NCBI GenBank assembly: GCA_963728565.1 | Contig: CAVSLC010000014.1 | Location: 1 to 64,000, forward strand | Direction of reading: 5' to 3' | Length of the DNA stretch: 64,000 nucleotides | DNA from: an uncultured delta proteobacterium | GTDB lineage: Bacteria > Desulfobacterota > Binatia > UBA9968 | Shown: piece by piece, positions 21,240-32,922 of the stretch | Layout: each line of letters begins with the position of its first letter | Numbering within the stretch: position 1 is the stretch's first letter | Translations under genes and position numbers: made by a program | Notes under the pieces: model-generated | Seen by the model: the letters and a program-made list of their open reading frames with translations, nothing else | The model's database searches: none | What the model was told of the DNA's origin: nothing

Positions 21240-24200
21240 ATGAAAAATCTGCGAAAGATTTCGCTGCCCTCCAACCGTTCAAAAGTTCAGCAACTACTCA
21301 AGAAAAGCCCGTCGCCATCAAACGCGGAGGCGAATTTTGGCCGGCTGATTGAGAGTGGCGGGAGTCAGTCGATTGACAAAATTCCAGCAAACGAGTTGCC
21401 GGTATTGACCCGGCTTCTCGGCAGTAGCGCGTACCTGAGCGAAGTTCTGATTCAACAGGGAAGAGAAGTGGCCGGAGCTATTTCTTGAACAGATCAAGAT
21501 TCAGCGAAAGTTCGTTGACGATCATTTACGCGAGCTCAAGCCAGTCACGACAGCAGCCCAATCGTTTGACGAATTCTGTGCCGGACTGCGCCGGCACAAA
21601 CAACGAGAGTATCTGCGCATTGGCGCGCGCGATCTCGATCCTTCAGTGCCGCTGGAAGAAACGGTCAGAGAACTGACAGCTCTTGCGGAAGCTTCTCTGG
21701 AATCAGCTTACCTTTATTGCCGGCGCGAAACGGAACAGGAATTCGGTTATTTAAATCTACCCGGCACAGAGAGGCCCAACGCTTTCGTCGTGCTTGGGAT
21801 GGGCAAGCTCGGCGGCGGTGAACTCAATTTCAGTTCCGATGTGGATGTCATTTTTCTCTTTGAGAATGACGAAGGCGAGAGCTCCGGTGGCCCAAAGGGC
21901 AAGGCTGAGCCGAGAGCGTTCTTCGCTGAGATCGGCAAGAAAATCATTCAAGCGATGGGCAAAGTCACCGAGGATGGCTTTGTCTTTCGCATCGATTTGA
22001 GGCTTCGGCCTTTAGGCGTCAATGGACCGTTGGTGCAGTCGGTGGACTCGGCCATGCTCTATTACGAATCCTGGGGGCAATGTTGGGAGCGTGCTGCCTT
22101 GATCAAGGCGCGGCCGGTGGCCGGAGATCGAAATCTGGGCAATCGTTTTCTGAAGGAAGTGGAGCCGTTCGTTTATCGCCGATACCTCGACTATACCACC
22201 GTCGAGGAGCTTCGGCATATGAAGCTGCGGATCGAAAACGAGCTGTTGAGCTCACAGGACAAGGAGAGAAATATCAAGCTCGGTTATGGCGGCATCCGTG
22301 AGATCGAGTTCTTCGCCCAGGCGCTGCAACTGGTTAACGGAGGCTACGAACCGGCTCTGCGCCAACAGAACACCCAGCGGGCGCTTGCCGAGCTTGCCGC
22401 GCATAAGTTCATATCCGCCGAGGAGATGAATCAGTTGACCGAGGCTTATCGGTTTCTGCGCCAGGTCGAGCATAAAGTTCAGATGGTGCAAGAAGCGCAT
22501 GCTCACTCGATTCCAGAGGGCGCCGAAGAAGAAAAATCGCTGGCCCGCCGGCTCGGGTATCTGCCGCAAGACAAGCGCAGCGAGCGCGAGCAGTTCTGGT
22601 CGGCGAAAAATATTCACAGCGAAAACGTGCGGCGTACGTTCGACCGGCTCTTTTACAGCGCGCAGAAGGAAATCACCCAAGGCGGCCAATCCCACGCCGC
22701 CTCGATTTGGCACGATCTCGATCAGCGCGAAGTGATTATCCGCGAACTCGAGAAGCTCGGATTCGCCGATGCCAACAAAGCGTACGAGAATCTTCTCGCG
22801 GTTCGCGATGGCGAGAGCTTCGCTCCGCCAAGCGCCAAACACCTGAAGATTATGCGCACCCTGGGCCCGGCGCTGATCGCGGAAATCGCTAAATCCGGCG
22901 CTCCTGACCAAGCTCTTTTAAATCTGTCGAGATTCAGCCATCGAATCGGCGGCCGCAGCGGCTTTCTGAGGCTGCTAGCGGAGAACCCGGAAACCATGCG
23001 GTTGCTGATTACTCTGTTTGCCGACAGCCAATTTCTCACCGAACTTTTCCTAAATCGTCCGGAGCTCATCGACACTCTGATTCGCGTGGATCTGACGCGC
23101 ATCGAAAAGGGCAAAGAGTCGATGCTCTCAGGCTTGCGCGAAGCCATAGCGGAGCAGGACGATATCGAAGCTAAACTGAACGCGATCCGGCGCTCCAAAA
23201 CGGAGGAGTTCATCAGGATTGGGCTCCACGATCTCGGCGGCACCATTGACCTTGAACCGATCCTAGAGCAACTTTCGGATCTCGCCGATGCCGTTGTAGA
23301 GTGCGCCTTGCAACTGACTCTCGACGAACTGCAGGAAAAATTCGGCATCATTGCCCAAGGCCGATTCACCGTTCTGGGCATGGGCAAGATGGGTGGCCGT
23401 GAGTTGGATTACAATTCCGACCTGGATCTGGTTTTTGTTTACGATGCCGATGAGGACGCCTCTAGCAGCGGCGGCGCCCAAGGTAAATTGCCGGCCCATG
23501 ATTTCTACGTTCGCGTAGGCCAAAAACTGATCACCTATCTTTCAGCCCCAACCGAAGAAGGCATCGCTTACAAGATCGATATGCAGCTACGTCCATCGGG
23601 CAAAGCCGGTCCTCTGGTCAGCTCTCTAGAAGCTTTTCGCGATTATCACCGCACGAGCTCGCAGCTGTGGGAGCGGCAATCGTTGATCAAGGCGCGTTAT
23701 GTTGCCGGGGACTCGAGCCTAGGAACAGTCCTCGAGAAGCTCGCCGCGGATTTCGCGTATGGCTCAGGTTTGTCCAGGGAAGGGGTCGGTGAGATTCATC
23801 ACCTCAGAATGCGCATGGAACGAGAGCTCGCCGGTGAAAGCGACAGTCATTTCAATCTGAAGAAGGGTCGCGGTGGCATCGTCGATATCGAGTTTCTTAC
23901 GCAAATGCTCCAGCTGGCCCATGGCGTTCGCCATCCCAGTCTCCGGTGCCGGGCAACTTTGAAAGCTTTAAAGGCATTGCATCAGCAGGGCATCCTCAAG
24001 AAAAGGGAATACGCTACGCTGGCCGATGGTTACTTGTTTTTGAGGCGCTTGGATCACCGTCTCAGGCTGGAGCGCGACCAATCGATCGATGCATTTGAAC
24101 GTGACCCCGGCCGTCTCGACGGCATCGCTCGAGCTTTGGGCTACGAGAGCGCAACTGGGCGCAGCGGCAAGAGCGTCGCCAAGGCCGGCCGCAAGTTGCT

Positions 24201-24273
24201 TGCAGATTATGAATCATGGCGCGAGAAGATCCGGGCATGCTATGAGCGGTTCTTCCTGGCAAAAGACGATTAG
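21240..24273 (+). CDS. glnE: Bifunctional glutamine synthetase adenylyltransferase/adenylyl-removing enzyme (frameshift near 21465)
   Basis: Two nucleotidyltransferase domains: GMGKLGGGELNFSSDVD/RIDLRLRP and GMGKMGGRELDYNSDLD/IDMQLRPSG, GGIVDIEF. Confidence 0.95.
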
Positions 24274-24426
24274 CTTAACGCCCTTTGCGCAATAAAACGT
24301 CAATCTATGGACCCGCATAATCGACTGCAGTGGAGCTAAGCGGCTAAGGGGTGGCTTAAAGCGCGAGCTCTCGGTTGCCGCATGTCATCATTTGGTGGTT
24401 TTCAGTGGCAATATAGAATTTCATTA

Positions 24427-24456
24427 TTGACAGTAGCACACGATCTGCGATATCGT
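24427..24456 (+). promoter_or_regulatory. sigma70-type promoter, probably leaderless transcript
   Basis: TTGACA-18 bp-TATCGT with ATG 6 nt downstream. Confidence 0.5.
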
Positions 24457-24462
24457 CACGTC

Positions 24463-24864
24463 ATGAAAAAACAGATTTCCAAGGGCATTGCCCTAGCATC
24501 TTTTTTAGCCGTCATGTCGACGCCTCTTCATGGGCAGACGACAGCTGCGGTGGACCAACCCCCCGAACAGCCCGTCACTCAGGAACTGGGGTACGGAGTC
24601 GCCTCGGCGCTGGCCAGCGTCTTCTATATACCTGCCAAGGTCACTTATGCAGGACTGGGTCTTGTGACTGGCGGACTTGGGTATGTGCTGACTGGTGGCA
24701 GATCCGATGTGGCGAGCAATATAATCTATCCGGCCGTTCGCGGGCACTATGTAGTAACGCCCAACCAAATAAAAGGCATCGAGCCGATTTACTTCGTCGG
24801 CGCGCCGCCGGAATCTCCAGAGCCCGAAAGCTACGCTGCCGGCACACCTGCTACGACGCGCTAG
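24463..24864 (+). CDS. Hypothetical exported/membrane protein
   Basis: MKKQ signal-like start, Gly-rich hydrophobic core. Confidence 0.7.
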   Translation: MKKQISKGIALASFLAVMSTPLHGQTTAAVDQPPEQPVTQELGYGVASALASVFYIPAKVTYAGLGLVTGGLGYVLTGGRSDVASNIIYPAVRGHYVVTPNQIKGIEPIYFVGAPPESPEPESYAAGTPATTR

Positions 24865-25634
24865 CCACCGAAGCAGACGCCTCGTTTCGAAGATCTGATA
24901 AACTCCACGAGGGTCATGACATCGTCATCGGCCCTCATGTTTTCCTCTACCTCTGTAAGCGCAATCGAAAGATTGCGTCCTTTTCGGAATAGCACGCGGA
25001 AGGCGTTGCGGATGGATCGGATCCGGCGATCGTCAAAGCCGGCGCGCTTTAACCCCACTACATTGACACCGCGCACCGTGTGCTGCCAATCGATGATGGC
25101 AAATGGCGGAACATCGCGGCTGGTGCCGCTCAAGCCGCGCATCATGGCGTGCTCGCCGATTCGGATAAACTGGTGCACCACACAGTTGCCGGAAATAAAC
25201 ACGCTGTTGCCGACGTCGACATAGCCGCCTAGCAAAGCGCCGTTAGCCATCACGATATTGTCGCCTAACTTGCAATTATGTCCCACATGCGACGTGGCCA
25301 TGAGATAGTTGTGGTTGCCGATGATTGTTGATGAGTTCGGTGCCGTGCCGCGATGCACTTGAGCGTGTTCACGGATCACGTTGTGGCTGCCGATAGTTAA
25401 GTAACTCTCTTGTCCCTGGTAAGCTTTATCCTGGGGCGGGCCGCCAAGAACCGCGCCGGGATGGATCTCATTATCCTCGCCGATCTCAGTCCAGCCTGTG
25501 AGATACGCATGAGCCATGATCCGCGTCCCACGTCTAATCTTCACCGGCCCTTCGATGACCACATAGGGCCCAATCTCAACTTCCGAATCGATTTCCGCCC
25601 GGGAGTCAACCACAGCTGTCGAATGGATGCTCAT
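24861..25634 (-). CDS. lpxA: Acyl-ACP:UDP-N-acetylglucosamine O-acyltransferase
   Basis: Hexapeptide repeats, PQD, SHVGHNC, VHQF, DVPPF, N.VGLKRAGF. Confidence 0.9.
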   Translation of the reverse strand: MSIHSTAVVDSRAEIDSEVEIGPYVVIEGPVKIRRGTRIMAHAYLTGWTEIGEDNEIHPGAVLGGPPQDKAYQGQESYLTIGSHNVIREHAQVHRGTAPNSSTIIGNHNYLMATSHVGHNCKLGDNIVMANGALLGGYVDVGNSVFISGNCVVHQFIRIGEHAMMRGLSGTSRDVPPFAIIDWQHTVRGVNVVGLKRAGFDDRRIRSIRNAFRVLFRKGRNLSIALTEVEENMRADDDVMTLVEFIRSSKRGVCFGG

Positions 25635-25648
25635 GAGACTTTGCGCGA

Positions 25649-25843
25649 CTATCGATCTTGCTTTTCGTCTTCTTCGTCTTCGCCCAACTGTGTTTCAACC
25701 TTGCGTCCGGGAATACGGTATCTCTCCTCGGTCCAGGCGCCGAGATCGATCAGCTGACAACGATCCGAGCAAAACGGCCGGTGTGGATTATTGTCCCAAG
25801 AGCATTCTTTCCGGCAAGTGGGGCATTTCACATGCAACGGCAT
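25649..25843 (-). CDS. yacG: DNA gyrase inhibitor YacG
   Basis: CPTC...[16 protein letters not shown]. Confidence 0.95.
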   Translation of the reverse strand: MPLHVKCPTCRKECSWDNNPHRPFCSDRCQLIDLGAWTEERYRIPGRKVETQLGEDEEDEKQDR

Positions 25844-25861
25844 GGCCTTTTCCTCAGTTAC

Positions 25862-26830
25862 TTACGTAGTACTGGCAAACAACTCGTCGACCCCAAGCTT
25901 TTTGGCCAAAAGACCTTGGTCTTCGGCATAATCGATGAAACGCTCGAGATTATCCCGATTCTTTTCTACGCCATTGGGCCATGGATCATCGCCAAAGGCT
26001 TTTCTCTCTTCTTCGAACAGATGTCTGCCCCAAACGAAGCGTGACCAATTAGGATCGTCGTAGTACGCTTTACACGCTTGTTTGGCTTCGTCGAACGCTT
26101 GCATTACTTTCGCGGCAAGAGCGGGATCTCTTTCCAGGACATCATCCCTGAAAGCCACAACGTGCATGATCGGATAGTAGCCGTTTTTCTGAAAGTACTT
26201 GATCTCTTCCTGCTTCGGATCCGAGAATAAACGGCGGATCTTCTTCGACCCTTCAAGCGCCTCCGCTGGCGGGTGCGGAACCATGAGCGCATCGATCTCA
26301 CCTTGCTCAAGAAGCACACCGATCTTTTTACCTGGAGCAAGCAGTTCAATATGAACACCGGCCTCAGGCTTGAAGGGCACCGCCTCGTCTTTGGAAACCA
26401 CCCAATCAATCGTGCGCCAGGGCACATTGTATTCAGATTGCAGATCACCTTTGGCAAGCACGGATAAGGTCGTTTGAAACGTACTGAGGCCGACGCGCTT
26501 GCCAGGCAAATCGGCGGGTGAGCTTATCCGCGCGTCAACATTCACCCACATCTGCGATAGGCTGAATAAACGGCGTGGAAAAACCGGAATCGCGGTGAAT
26601 GGCAAGCCGCGGCTTTTTGCCATCAGATAGGAAGAGAGCGAAAGCTCACAGATATCGAACTCTTGCTTCTGCAACATGCGCTCATGGCGGTCTTGACCAT
26701 GCTTGAGAGGATGAGATTGTCCGACTTCGAGCACGGTTATGTTTGCTCCCTCGACCTGAATCGATCGGTCGAATAGAGGAATATGACGGTCATAGTGGGA
26801 TAGCGCGATTGTCAGATCTGCTGTAGTCAT
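25862..26830 (-). CDS. 4,5-dihydroxyphthalate decarboxylase-like protein (binding-protein fold, no signal peptide)
   Basis: YDRH.PL, FDICELSLSSY, AIPVFPRR, YPIMHVV, DPWPNG. Confidence 0.8.
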   Translation of the reverse strand: MTTADLTIALSHYDRHIPLFDRSIQVEGANITVLEVGQSHPLKHGQDRHERMLQKQEFDICELSLSSYLMAKSRGLPFTAIPVFPRRLFSLSQMWVNVDARISSPADLPGKRVGLSTFQTTLSVLAKGDLQSEYNVPWRTIDWVVSKDEAVPFKPEAGVHIELLAPGKKIGVLLEQGEIDALMVPHPPAEALEGSKKIRRLFSDPKQEEIKYFQKNGYYPIMHVVAFRDDVLERDPALAAKVMQAFDEAKQACKAYYDDPNWSRFVWGRHLFEEERKAFGDDPWPNGVEKNRDNLERFIDYAEDQGLLAKKLGVDELFASTT

Positions 26831-27080
26831 ACTCGAATACTTTCTTCGTCAGTTGATTCTTGCTTACTCACTTTCCTTAATCTTGTCCAGCTGAAATGGC
26901 ACAGGAGAGGCTATGCGTGGCGGCGAAGTCGTATCCGATGGCGTCAAACATTGGGTAACTAGAATGGCATGGCCGCGCTAAACGCTCAGGCGGAAAGAGT
27001 TCCATGTGTCAATTTTAACGAGAGATCCTGGAGTAGACGCCGGATGTCTGTTGTTCCGGAAGATTCTGACCAGGTAAAAT

Positions 27081-27278
27081 TTAGCTTGGAACGTTCGGCG
27101 TTTTTTGGCTGTTTGTCAGCCGCCGAAGCAGAGCTTCGATTTCGTGCAGACGGGCGCGCGCTTCATCCTCGGCTTGTTTGATCTCGTCGGCGGGCGCGCC
27201 GCTGCTCACGGCGTCTTCGAATTGGGTTACCGCGACGCCAAAGGTTCTAAGCAACCGGCGCGTTTCATCGCTGGGCAT
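27081..27278 (-). CDS. Small hypothetical helical protein downstream of AOR
   Basis: 65 aa MPSDETRRLLRTFGVAVT..., GGAGGAG RBS. Confidence 0.65.
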   Translation of the reverse strand: MPSDETRRLLRTFGVAVTQFEDAVSSGAPADEIKQAEDEARARLHEIEALLRRLTNSQKTPNVPS

Positions 27279-27309
27279 GTGCTCTCCTCCCGTGCTAACT
27301 CGGATGGAA

Positions 27310-29111
27310 TTAATTGGAAATTTTAAGCTCGCGCATCTTGCTCTCGGGAATAAAACCGCGATCATTCCAGCCCCGCGCTAAATAATAGCTTTGAATCATT
27401 TCATGCAGCTCCGCCGGCCGCAGTTCAGTGCCTTGAGCCACTCCGTCGGCTAATTTTTCATCGAGCAATCTGGGTGGAAGCCAATCATCTTCAGGCTGCC
27501 AGCCTTCTCGAATGTTGAACAATTTCTTTTGTGCGTTTATGCGTTCACCGATTTGTCTCAGCTCAGCACTGGAGTAGCCCCAGCCGGTCACTTTGGCGAG
27601 TAGATCGGCAGCTTCTGCATAGAAATCCGTAAAGCATTTGCGCAGAAATTTGCAAACGATCAACGAGTCCAGTACCGCGGCAAAATCTTCGGAGGCAGCG
27701 ACGAGTAATCCGCGGCCGGCATCGCCATGCAGGCGGTCGACTTCCCCGGAGAAATCAAACTCATAAGCGCCGGAGCGGTTATGACAGGCGCCACGCGGGC
27801 TGACCGCAAGTCCGAGCGCCATGGTTTTCAAGCTGCGCGGTTCGTATCCCGGTAATTCCAGTCCCTTCACGTGCATTGCCCATCGTCCGGCATCTTTGCC
27901 GACGACGGCCGCCGCTCGTTTGGAGCCTTGGGCCAGCAGATCGCCAAGTCCCTGACGCTCGGCAATCATCGGGATAATCTTCAAAAATGCGTCGGCTCGG
28001 CCAAAGCGCAGCCCTAAAGCGCTGGCTTCCGGCAACAGCCCCTTCTCGGCGCATTCCATCGCCCAGGCGATGGTTGCGCCGGTGCTGATGGAATCCAAAC
28101 CGTAATCGTCGCAGAGCCGCGCGGCTTGAAGCAGGGTGTGCGGGTCCTCGATCTCACACATCGGCCCCAAGGCGAAGAGTGTCTCGTACTCGAGGCGCTG
28201 ATCCTGTCCGCCCAAAGACTTGAACAAACGTTCGCAGCGGATCGTACAGGCGGCGCAGCCGTTTCTCCGGCTAAAGTTATTTTCGGTGAGACTTTCGCCG
28301 CTCAAGTTCTCCGCGTGCGCGAACGTGGAATGCTGAAAATTGCGGGTGGGCAGGCTGCCGAGACGGTTGAACACCGCAAGGTTGGCGACGGTTCCGATCT
28401 GACGATACTTAGATGTTACCGTCCCGATGCTCTTGTGTCGCATAGCCAGCGCGAGCTCGGCGACGCCTTCCGAATCGGCGATCTGCGGTATCCATATCGC
28501 CGCGAATCGCAATCGCCTTCAAACGCTTTGCGCCCATGACAGCACCGACGCCGCCGCGTCCCGCATGGCGCCCATCATTGCTGATAGTCGCGAACCTGAC
28601 GCTATTCTCGCCGGCCAAACCGATGGCGGCCACACGGAAGCTGTGGTTGTTGGACTCGGCACGTAGATAGGAATCGGTCTCTGTGGCGCTCTTTCCGATC
28701 AGGTGAGTGGCCTCTCTGAAGCAGAACCCGACCGCCATCGATGGCCAGATACATCCAAGTCGATGATCGACCGGTGATTACCAGAGCATCAACTCCCAGT
28801 CTCTTTAGTTCCAAAGCAAAGTAACTTGAAGAGAGCGAGTCGGCGATAAAGCCGGTCAGCGGAGACTTAGTGACGACAGCATATTTCGCCGTGGTGGTCA
28901 GCGGCGTGCCGACCAGCGGCGCGCTGGCGAAGATGAGTGGATTCTCTGGCGCCAGCGCATCGATTCCCGGCGGAGCAAATTCGTAAAGAAGATCAGTGCC
29001 AAGGCCGATGCCGCCGAGGCAGGCATAGAGGCGCGACCTGTCAAGCTCGAGAAATTTATAGGTTGCCGACGTCAGATCGATGTGAAGCAGGTGGCCATGA
29101 AAGCCATACAT
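27310..29111 (-). CDS. Aldehyde:ferredoxin oxidoreductase family protein (at least two frameshifts, near 28735 and 28495)
   Basis: KSPLTG, GRGGVGAVMGAKRLKAI, C.ACTIRC, EYET, DDYGLDSIS, RGACH across three frames. Confidence 0.9.
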
Positions 29112-29471
29112 GAATACCCCCGAGTTGGCGAGCTTTGCTGTACTCTATTCGAGCCACCAGGAAACAACAAACGGCTAGAAATCTGCAATACGACTAGAGT
29201 GCAATGAGAACATTCCCCCGAGACCCAAGCTTGGCTCCCGCGACTCGCCGCTCCGACATAACTAAATCTTAAGCACGACGATTAGCTAGTTTCCAATCGC
29301 CGAGTTCACTGCAGCACGCCTCGTGATACGCTTAGCCGCAAGTGAAGTGCCGATGCGCTCTCTCGTAGCAATTGTGGAGCAGCTACTCTGGATCGTCCCG
29401 GCATTGCTACAAAACTTCTAGCAAAGTGGTCAAATACAAGACGGACTTGTTCAAAATTCTTGTTTGGTGTA

Positions 29472-29487
29472 TGGCATAGCCGTTGCT
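29472..29487 (+). promoter_or_regulatory. sigma54 (-24/-12) promoter of the formate dehydrogenase operon
   Basis: TGGCATAGCCGTTGCT: GG-N10-GC, 57 bp before ATG 29545. Confidence 0.7.
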
Positions 29488-29544
29488 CGTTTTTGCAGCG
29501 CGTAAAAGTCAGTGCACGACAAACCCTCACCAAAGGAGTTCTAA

Positions 29545-32500
29545 ATGGAACTCTCCCGACGCAGTTTTCTGCGCTATTCGGTGGCCGCAGGCGGCGCTAC
29601 TGCGCTAGGCGGATTAATCGGCTCAGGCGTAAATCTCGGACCGGCGGTTGCCCGGGCGCAAGAATTAAGGATCAAAGGCGCCAAGGTGACTCCCAGCGTC
29701 TGTCCCTATTGCTCCGTGGGATGCGGCACGCTCATCCATACTATCAACGGGCAGATCGTCAATATAGAGGGCGACCCGCGCAGCCCACACAATGAAGGGA
29801 CTCTCTGTCCTAAAGGCGCCGCCATCTTTCAGCTGCATGTCAATCCCAACCGTCCGACCCAGGTTCTGCATCGTGCCGCAGGCGCTGCCGATTGGGAGGT
29901 ATGGGATCTGGAGCGGGCGATGAACCGGATCACCGAGCTGATGAAGAAGACCCGCGACGAGACGTTTATTGAAAAGCTGCCCAACGGCAAGCTCGTCAAC
30001 ATGACGCCCGCCATTTTCGCGTTAGGTGGAGCGACGCTTGAGGTCGAGTTCAATCACATCTGCCAGAAACTCATGCGTGGGCTCGGAATTGTCGCGATCG
30101 AGAATCAGGCGCGGATATGACACAGCTCTAGCGTCCCCGGTCTGGGGACACGATTCGGCCGCGGCGCAGCCACCCTTTATCCCCGAAGCATGGCGGACTC
30201 CGACTGCATCGTTGTCATGGGTTCGAATATGGCGGAGAACCATCCCGTCGCCTTCCGCTGGCCGATGAAGGCGAAGGTCGAGCGGCGCCAAGATCATCCA
30301 CGTCGATCCGCGTTTCACCCGCACCAGCTCGGTAGCTGATATTTACGCTCCGGTTCGCGCCGGGTCAGACATCGCCTTCCTGGGCGGCATCATCAACTAC
30401 GTACTCAACAGCGAGAAGTGGAACAACGACCCGTTCTTCAAGACCTTCGTCGTGAACTACACGAATGCGGCGACGATCATCAACGAGGACTTCAAGGACA
30501 CCGAAGAACTGAACGGAGTATTTTCGGGGCTCCTGCAATCCAAGGGCGGGGTAAACGAATGGCCGTTCAACGGTTTTATCAACCAGTACGACGGCGCAAG
30601 CTGGCAGTACGCCGGAACCAAGGCCGGGGAGCAGGGGCGGCGCTGCGTCGACCGCGCAGTCCGGCGAGGCGATAGGTCCTCAGGTCCGGAGGGAACCAAG
30701 TCGTCAGCGACGCCGACAGGCGGCGGCCAGCAAAGCTCCCGCGGGGCCGCCGTTTGACGCCTTTGGTGGCGTCTCTCGTCAAGCCGCCGGCGCAGCGAGA
30801 CGAGACGCTGCAGAACCCCCGGAGGGTTTTTCAGATCGTCAAGAAGCATTTCGCACGCTACACGCCGGAGATGGTGGAGAAGAGTACCGGCTGCCCCAAG
30901 GAAACCTTTCTCAAAGTCGCCGAGACTATTCTGGCCAATTCGGGCGCGGACCGGACGACTTCATTCGCCTATGCCGTGGCCTGGACGCAGCATACCTACG
31001 GCGTCCAAATCATCGGCGCCTGCGCGCTGCTTCAGCTTCTGCTGGGAAATATCGGCCGGCCCGGCGCGGGCGTCATGGCGCTGCGCGGCCACGCCTCGAT
31101 CCAGGGCTCGACGGACGTTCCTACGCTCTACCACTCGATCCAGGGTTATATGGCGGCGCCGACGGCGCTCAAGAAGCACGACACGCTGCAGGATTACCTC
31201 GCGGCTGAGACGCTGCCGACGGGCTATTGGGCGAACATGCCGAAATTCGTCGTTTCGTATCTGAAGTCGATTTATGGGGACGCTGCGACCAAGGAAAACC
31301 AGTTCGGCTGGGACTGGCACCCGAAGATTCTTGGCGACCATTCGCACATGGCCATGTTCGTGGCGATGAACGCCGGCAAGGTGAAGGGAATGTTTTGCGT
31401 CGGGCAGAATCCCGGCCACGTCGGTGAATGCCAAGCTGGAGCGGTCGGGGCTAAGGAAGCTCGAATGGCTGGTCGTGAAAGACAACTGGCTCACCGAGAC
31501 AGCCACTTTCTGGAAGAATGCGCCGGAGGTCAAGAAGGGCGAGGTCAAGACCGCGGACATCAAGACCGAAGTCTTTTTCCTCCCCGCCACCCAGGTCGGC
31601 GAGGTCGAAGGCACCTTCACCAACACGCAGCGCCTGCTGCAATTTCATCACAAAGCCGCCGAGGCGCCCGGCGATTGCCGGTCCGATACCTGGTTCTACT
31701 ACGATCTCGGCAAGCGCTTGAAGAAGCTCTACGCGCAATCGACTGCGCCGCGCGACGAGGGATTTAAAAATCTGGTCTGGGACTACGAGCACGAGGACGA
31801 AAACGAACGCAAAAAGGGCGAGCCTTCGGCGCTGAAAATTCTAAAAGAGCTCAACGGCTTTCAAAGCGCCGATCCAAGTAAGCACGTCGCCGGCTTCGGC
31901 GAATTGAAGGACGATGGTTCGACGACCTGCGCGTCGTGGATCTATTCGGGCGTCTATCCCGGCGGTGGGAAAGAATCTCGCCGATAGACGCACGCCCGAC
32001 GCGCCCGGCCAGCCCGGCGCGCAACTGAATTGGGGTTGGGCGTGGCCGGCCAACCGCCGCATCATGTACAACCGCGCTTCCGCCGATCCCGACTGGCAAG
32101 CCATGGAGCGAAAAGAAAAAATGGGTATGGTGGGATGCGGAGCAGAAAAGATGGGCCGGCTACGATGTGCCGGACTATATCGCGACCAAACCGCCTAACG
32201 ACAAAGCGAAGCCGGGCGCAGCGGGCATGGATGCGCTTCCCGGAACCGCTCCTTTCATCATGCGGCCGGACGGCCTGGGTTGGCTCTTCGTGCCGGCGGG
32301 CTTGGTGGATGGCCCGCTGCCGACACACTACGAGCCGGTCGAGTCGCCGGTCAACAATTCGCTCTACAAGCAGCAGAATAGCCCGGTGTTCAAATACTGG
32401 AAGGATACCGGCAACGAGCTGGCGAAGATGGGCGACCCGAAGTTCCCCTACGTGATGACGACCTATCGTCTGACCGAGCACTATCTGGCGGGCGGCATGA

Positions 32501-32832
32501 GCCGCTGGCTGCCGTGGCTCAACCGAGCTGCAGCCCGAACTCTTCGTCGAGATCAGTCCCGAGCTGGCTCAGGAGAAAGGCATCAAGAATCTCGACTGGT
32601 GCAGAATCTCCAGCCCGCGCACGCAGATCCGCGCCAAGGCGCTGGTCACGCGGCGGATGCGGCCATTCAATATCGACGGCAAAGTCATTCACCAGGTCGG
32701 CATGCCCTGGCACTGGGGTTATGAAGGGCTGTCCACCGGCGACGTCGTCAACGAGTTGACTCCTTGATCGCCGATCCGAACGTTTCGATGCACGAAGGGA
32801 AGGCTTTCGTCTGCAACGTCGAAAAAGCATGA
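29545..32832 (+). CDS. fdnG: Formate dehydrogenase alpha subunit, selenocysteine-containing, Tat-exported (about 7 frameshifts)
   Basis: SRRSFLR; CPYCSVGC..LCPKG; QARI-UGA-HSSSVPGLG; AENHP; LRGHASIQG; TTYRLTEH; K..CNVEKA*. Confidence 0.92.
30121..30150 (+). promoter_or_regulatory. Bacterial SECIS element
   Basis: Hairpin GTCCCC-GGTCT-GGGGAC (30133-30149) starting 12 nt after the in-frame UGA. Confidence 0.8.
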
Positions 32833-32922
32833 AAGCCGTGATCGTGCTCGTGACATTTTGCTCCTCGGAAGCAATCAGCACGGAACACGTTGGGGGCGGT
32901 CAGGCTAGGAAGGGAGATGAAC

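Noticed and set aside
26897-26912. TGGCAC...GGC as a sigma54 promoter
   Set aside because: Lacks TTGC at -12 and has no suitably oriented downstream gene.
29545-30120. Separate 191-aa protein ending at TGA
   Set aside because: The TGA is at the catalytic Sec position and homology continues in frame.
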